A stretch of 64,000 nt of DNA from the human T2T-CHM13v2.0 reference genome, Homo sapiens, in the NCBI RefSeq assembly GCF_009914755.1, contig NC_060931.1; one strand, given 5' to 3'. Positions 58,275 to 64,000 of this stretch are shown one piece after another. Each line of letters begins with the position of its first letter. Position 1 is the first letter of the stretch. The notes below the pieces were generated by a model. That model saw nothing but the letters and a program-made list of their open reading frames with translations. It was not told the origin of the DNA and ran no database searches. Position numbers and translations under genes: made by a program.

Positions 58275-58908
58275 TGTCAGAGGTATTTGAACCAGAGTGA
58301 CTCCATCTTGAATAGGGGCTGGGTAAAATAAGACTGAGATCTGCTGGGCTGCATTCCCAGGAGGTTAGGCATTCTAAGTAACAGGATGAGATAGGAAGTT
58401 GGCAAAAAATGCAGGTCATGAAGACCTTGCTGATAAAACACGTTGCGGCAAAGAAGCCGGCCAAAACCCACCAAGACCAAGATGGTGAGGAAAGTGACTT
58501 CTGGTCGTCCTCACTGTTTATTATATGCTAATTATAATGCATTCACATGCTGAAAGACACTCCCACTCATGCCATGATAGTTCACAGATGCCATGGAAAT
58601 GTCAGGAAGTTACCCTATATGGTCTAAAAAGGGGAGGAACCCTCAGTTCCGAGAATTACCTACCCCTTTCTTGGAAAACTCATGAATAATGCACCCCTGT
58701 TTAGCATATAATCAAGAAACAACTATGAGTATACTCAGTCCAGCAGCCCATGCCACTGCTCTGCCTATGGAATAGCCATTCTTTCATTCCTTTACTTTCC
58801 TAATAAACTTGCTTTCACTTTACTCTATGGACTAGCCCTAAATTGTTTCTTGCACGCAGTTCAAGAACCCTCTCTTGGGGTCTGAACTGGGACCCCTTTC
58901 CGGTAACA
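58275..58908 (+). mobile_element. MER41B-like ERV1 solo LTR
   Basis: tgtcagaggtatttgaaccagagtgactccatcttgaatagg...ggacccctttccggtaaca; perfect 4-bp TSD ttat. Confidence 0.92.
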
Positions 58909-59986
58909 TTATCATCCTATTGTGAGCCGGGGGCTTTGGCCCTCAATAAGGCAGCAGAGTTTCCTAGAGGGCAGACCGTCATAAGCTATTGTGCTCCATG
59001 ACTTGCTTTGCACGTTTCAGCTCATCATCTTCATTAAATAAGTAAATCACCACACAAGCCTGTTTAAGAATGGGAAAGGGGCACATTTACTTAGATGAGA
59101 GTTGGGAAGAGAGAGGAGAGCACTGGGCTTTTTGTGACATGATTGTAGCTGCCCATAGGCTGGAGCCAGGGTGAAGTGGAACAGAAAGGGATCAGAAGGG
59201 AGGCACAAGGAAAGATGAAATCTCGAGCTCTAAATCGAATCCTTCTTCTGACAGCTGCCTCCATTCTTGGTGCTTCTCCTGATTCTCCTTCTCCAGGCCG
59301 CATAACCTAGTGGTCATTATGATGGCATTGAATTTGGGAACCTCTTACACTTGGATTGTTCAGGTTTCAAACTTTTAATTTTTCCCTTCAAATCCTTGGT
59401 TACCTTGTTGTGGCTTTTTGTTAATTAATATTGTCTGAGACTTGCATTTAATTTCAAGATGGAAAAACAGGAACTAGATTTACCTTCCTTTATAAAGCTA
59501 CCAAACACAAAGCAAAAGGTATGAAACATTGGTTTGCAAGACACTGGGCATTAAGCAATGAAGGATAGTGGTCCGTGAAAGATGGGAAACAAACCAAGTG
59601 AGCCCTACAATTTCCTAATCTTCCTGCCTTGAGAGTTTCCAGACCTCAACTGATCTCTCAAGGATGTTCAGAGAGAGGCCAGGACACCCTGAGATGAGAC
59701 AAAGAAGAGAGTAAGGGAAGGCCAAGAAGGAAAGCTGCAGAGAGAGAGCCTTCCTGAGATCTGCAGAGGGTTCCCCTTGAGCATTCAGCTGAATCCTATG
59801 CAAGACGAAGGTCTCTGAGGCTAGGGAAAGAGCCACCCAAAAGAATTTGAGTAGCAATACCCAGCACTCACCCAGGTCAAGGAATAACATTGACCAGCCA
59901 GACTGGAAAACCTCTATGTCCATGTGGAACTAGGTAAAACAAGCAGAGAAGTCTTGACTAAATAGGAAAAAAATTATTAGTGCTAG

Positions 59987-60335
<349 letters not shown>

Positions 60336-61570
60336 TAGCTTCTGTATCTCATAATGATATAAATCCATCAGTGAAAAGTAACACAGAACTGACACAGATG
60401 CTTGGATTAGCAGGCAAGAATATTAAGACAGGATGATAACTTTATATGTTTTAAAAAATTAAGTAGAAACATGGAAAGTATTAAAAAATGCCCAAATTAA
60501 AATTCTAGAGTTGAAAATTGGAGTATGTGGGATGAAAAAAATACATTAGATAGAATTAATGGCAGATGATTAGACATTGCAGAAGAACATTTTAATGAAC
60601 TTGAAGAATAGAAACTATTCAAAATTAGATACACAAAGAAATACAGAAAGAAAAGGTAATAAATAAATAATAAATAAAATGAACATAGCCATCAGTGAAT
60701 TGTGGTATAGTTTCAAGAAGCATAATATACATATACATATGTATATGTCTATATTATATGTTATTATATTATATTATATTAGTATTATATTGTATACATA
60801 ACATATTATATATATATTGTGCCAGAGAAAAAAGACATTTGTATAGCAGAACAAATATATGGATAACAAGCAGATGTCTCATCAGAAACTATGAACAAGA
60901 AGACAATGTAGGGAAGTATGGAAAGGAAAAAAATCTGGTAACCTAGGCTTTTATATTCAGTGAAAATGTCTTCAAAAACTAAAACACAAGGAAGTATTTT
61001 TTCAAGCATACCAAAGCCGAAAGAATGCATCCCTGGCAGACCTGTGCTATGAGAAATGTTAAAGGAAGTCCTTCAGTCAAAAGGAAGTCAATATTGGAGG
61101 GAAATACAGATCCACACAAATGAGTGAAGAGCTCTGGAAATGGCATCTAAATAAATAAGATTTTTTTCCTATTATTTAAATTTCTTGAAAAGATAACTGA
61201 TTGTTCAAACAAAAATAATAACAATGTAATATAGGGTTTATAACATATGTAAAACTAAAATATATGACAAGAACAGAAAAAAAGAATGGGAGAAGAAAAA
61301 TGGAAGTGTGCTAATATAACATTATATTATAAGTAAAGGGGGTAGTATCCATCAAAAGTAGATTGTGGTAAGTTAAACATATATGTATATTATAAACCCT
61401 AAAGGAACCACTAAAATAACAAAACAAAGTGTTATAGCTAATAAGTAAAAAAAAAGTAATGCAGATATCCATAAAAATATTAATTAATATTACCTATTAA
61501 TCCAAAAGGAAGCAGAAGAAAAAGCAGAGATTGCAGGTCACACAGAAAAGCAAGACCAACTCTATGTTGC

Positions 61571-62681
61571 TGTGGTACAATAGGAAATATATATAGTCAT
61601 TCCTCAGTATTCCCGGGGGATTGGTTCCGGGACTCCTTATGGATACCAAATATCTCTAGATTACTTATAATACCTAATAAAATGTCAATGCTGTGTAAAT
61701 AGTTCTTATACTGTATTGTTTAGGGAATCATGACAAGAAAATCAGTCTGTACATGTTCAGCACAGACACAACCATCCTTTCTTTTCCCCCTGAATATTTT
61801 TGATCCACGGTTGATTGAACCCATGGATTTGAAACCCATAGATGCGGAGGGCTGACTCTATTTGGTCTTTGTCCTCAGTCCCTGGCAGAGAGCTCCTAAA
61901 ACCCTTGGAATTTCCTGAGTGAAGGGGTTGATAGGCACTTTTGTTATTCGTAATGAGCCCCTTTCCACCATGCCTGGCATTATGCTAATGAGGACTGTTG
62001 GAGAGCCCCTAGGTAGCTTCAGGATGGGCGCTGGTCACCAGAAAGGCCAAACCTTGATTAGATGGCTGGAAATTCTAGCGCCACGTCCAATCTCCATGGA
62101 GGAGGGAGGAATCAGTGGTGGTGGTGGGGTGGGGGGTTAAGTTCAATTGCCAATGGCCAGTGATTTGATCAATCACGCCAATATAATGAAACCTCCATAG
62201 AAACCCTAAAAGGCAGGGTCCCAGGAGCTTCCAACAAATTTGTGTGCTGGGAGGGTGGCTCACAACTTCACCAGGACAGAGGCTCCTGTGCTCTGACCTT
62301 GCTCTGTGAGCCTCCTCACCTAGTTGTTCATATGTATCATTTATAATAAACTGTAATAGCAAGTACAGAATTTTCCTGAGTTCTTTGACTCTAGTAAATC
62401 ATAAAACCTGGCAAGGAGTGCAGGGGAGGAGATTGTGAGGACTCCCAAACTTTTAGCCAAGTCAGACAGAAGTGCTGGTAACCTGGAAATCAAGTGCTTG
62501 TGGTTGGCATCTGAAGTGGGGGAAGTCTCCCTTAAACCTGTGGAGCTTGATGCCAACTCTAGGTGGCCAGTGTCAGAATAGGACTGAATTGTACGACACC
62601 CAGTTTGTGTTGGGGATCAGCAAGCTAGAGAATTGGTGTTGGAAAATATACCACCTATTTGGTGTCAGAAAAAACTTGAGA
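61571..62681 (+). mobile_element. MER21-family LTR
   Basis: tgtggtacaataggaaatatata...tttggtctttgtcc...gagctcctaaaacccttggaatttcctgagtga; 5-bp TSD gttgc (61566-61570 and 62682-62686). Confidence 0.8.
61594..61860. mobile_element. MER2-like Tigger MITE (internally shortened) nested in MER21
   Basis: cctcagtattcccgggggattggttcc...gatgcggagggctgactcta; inserted at TA. Confidence 0.8.
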
Positions 62682-63350
62682 GTTGCCTATAAGAAATTCA
62701 CGTCAAATATAAATACACAGGTGGGTCAAAAGCAAAAAGATGGAAAAAGTTATGTAATGTTAATACTAAAAACAGAAGAAAACAAAACAAACCTGCAATG
62801 GCTATATTGATATTGGACAAAGTGGATTTCAGAACAAAGAATATTTATAGGGACAAAGAAAGTCATTTCATAACAATAAAAGGGTAAGTTTGTCCAGAGG
62901 ACATAGAAATCTTAAACATTTATGGACCTAATGACAGAGCTTCAAAATACCTGAAGCAAAAACTGGTATAAGTAATAACTCCATGGAGAGATAGACAAGT
63001 CTACAACCATAAAATAAATTTTAATATCTCTTTCTCAAAAATTGATAGAAAAAAAGGTAAAAAAAAAAAAAGAGAGAGAGTAAAGAATATAGAATATTTA
63101 ACAGCAGTATCAACTAAATTGACCTAATTGACACTTATAGAACAATCCACATAACAATAGAATACACCTTCCCCTCAAGTGCCTGTGGAACATTTACCAA
63201 GATAGACAACATTCTGAGTTAGAAAACAAGCCTTAATATGTTTGAAAGGATTCAAGTCATACAACTTATATTTTCTGACCATAATGGAATTAACTCAGAA
63301 ATGATTAAAGATAAATCTCCAAATGTTTTTAAATGATGCAACGCACTTCT

Positions 63351-63721
63351 TATTTATTTATTTATTTTACTTTAAGTTCTAGGGTACATGTGCACAACGT
63401 ACAGGTTTGATGCATAGGTATACACGTGCCATGTTGGTTTGCTGCACCCATCAACTCGTCATTTACATTAGGTATTTCTCCTAGTGCTATCCCTCCCCCA
63501 GCCCCCCAGCCCCTAACAGGCCTCAGTTTGTGATGTTCTCTGCCCTGTCTCCAAGTGATCTCATTGTTCAATTCCCACCTATGAGTGAGAACATGCAGTG
63601 TTTAGTTTTCTGTCCTTGTGATAGTTTGCTGAGAATGATGATTTCCAGCTTCATCCATGTCCCTTCAAAGGACATGAACTCATCCTTTTTTATGGCTGCA
63701 TAGTATTCCATTGTGTATATG
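63351..63721 (-). mobile_element. L1PA5-7-like 3' end
   Basis: Antisense L1PA 3' UTR; TSD gcaac(g/a)cacttct at 63338-63350 and 63722-63734. Confidence 0.92.
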
Positions 63722-64000
63722 GCAACACACTTCTAAATAAAATGTGGGGCAAGACAAAATCAAAAGTGAAACTAGGAAGTACTTTGAACTGAATGAAAAT
63801 GAAAACAACATAAAACTTGCGAGATGCTTCAAAAGGGAAATTTATAACACTAAACTATATTAAAAAGAAGAAAGGTTTCAAATCATTGACCTCAGCTTCC
63901 ACCTTAGAGAACTAAGCCCAAAGTAAAAAGAAGCAAGGAAATAATAAACATGAGTGAAAAAAAAAGAAAGAAAAAAACAATAGATGAAATCAATGAATCC

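Noticed and set aside
58960-58976. CTCF-like cctagagggcag
   Set aside because: The 5' CCA part of the core motif is mismatched; expected by chance in 64 kb.

Overview
Primate (human-like) genomic DNA, apparently intergenic or intronic and dominated by interspersed repeats: Alu/FLAM, L1 of several ages, L2/MIR, MaLR/ERVL/ERV1 LTRs, Tigger/hAT MITEs and a 5.4-kb MER83-type ERV (5' LTR, tRNA-Arg PBS, non-coding internal region, no 3' LTR). No host protein-coding gene, RNA gene or CRISPR-like array is supported; the ORF track is repeat-derived or chance. Repeat family names come from recalled consensus sequences, not a database search. The notable signals are rearrangement scars. (1) A 62-bp near-perfect inverted duplication of an L2-like segment sits exactly where the ERV breaks off (42822-43035). 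(2) A 28-nt Alu snippet at 17576 shares a rare variant with the Alu 1.3 kb downstream. (3) A twin-primed L1PA with a 16-bp TSD lies inside the ERV. (4) An LTR/internal/LTR MaLR chimera sits at 30435-30912. (5) An L1 jumps over its RT domain near 24390. (6) A MER41 LTR retains two GAS (STAT) motifs. I did not find a demonstrably new biological system.
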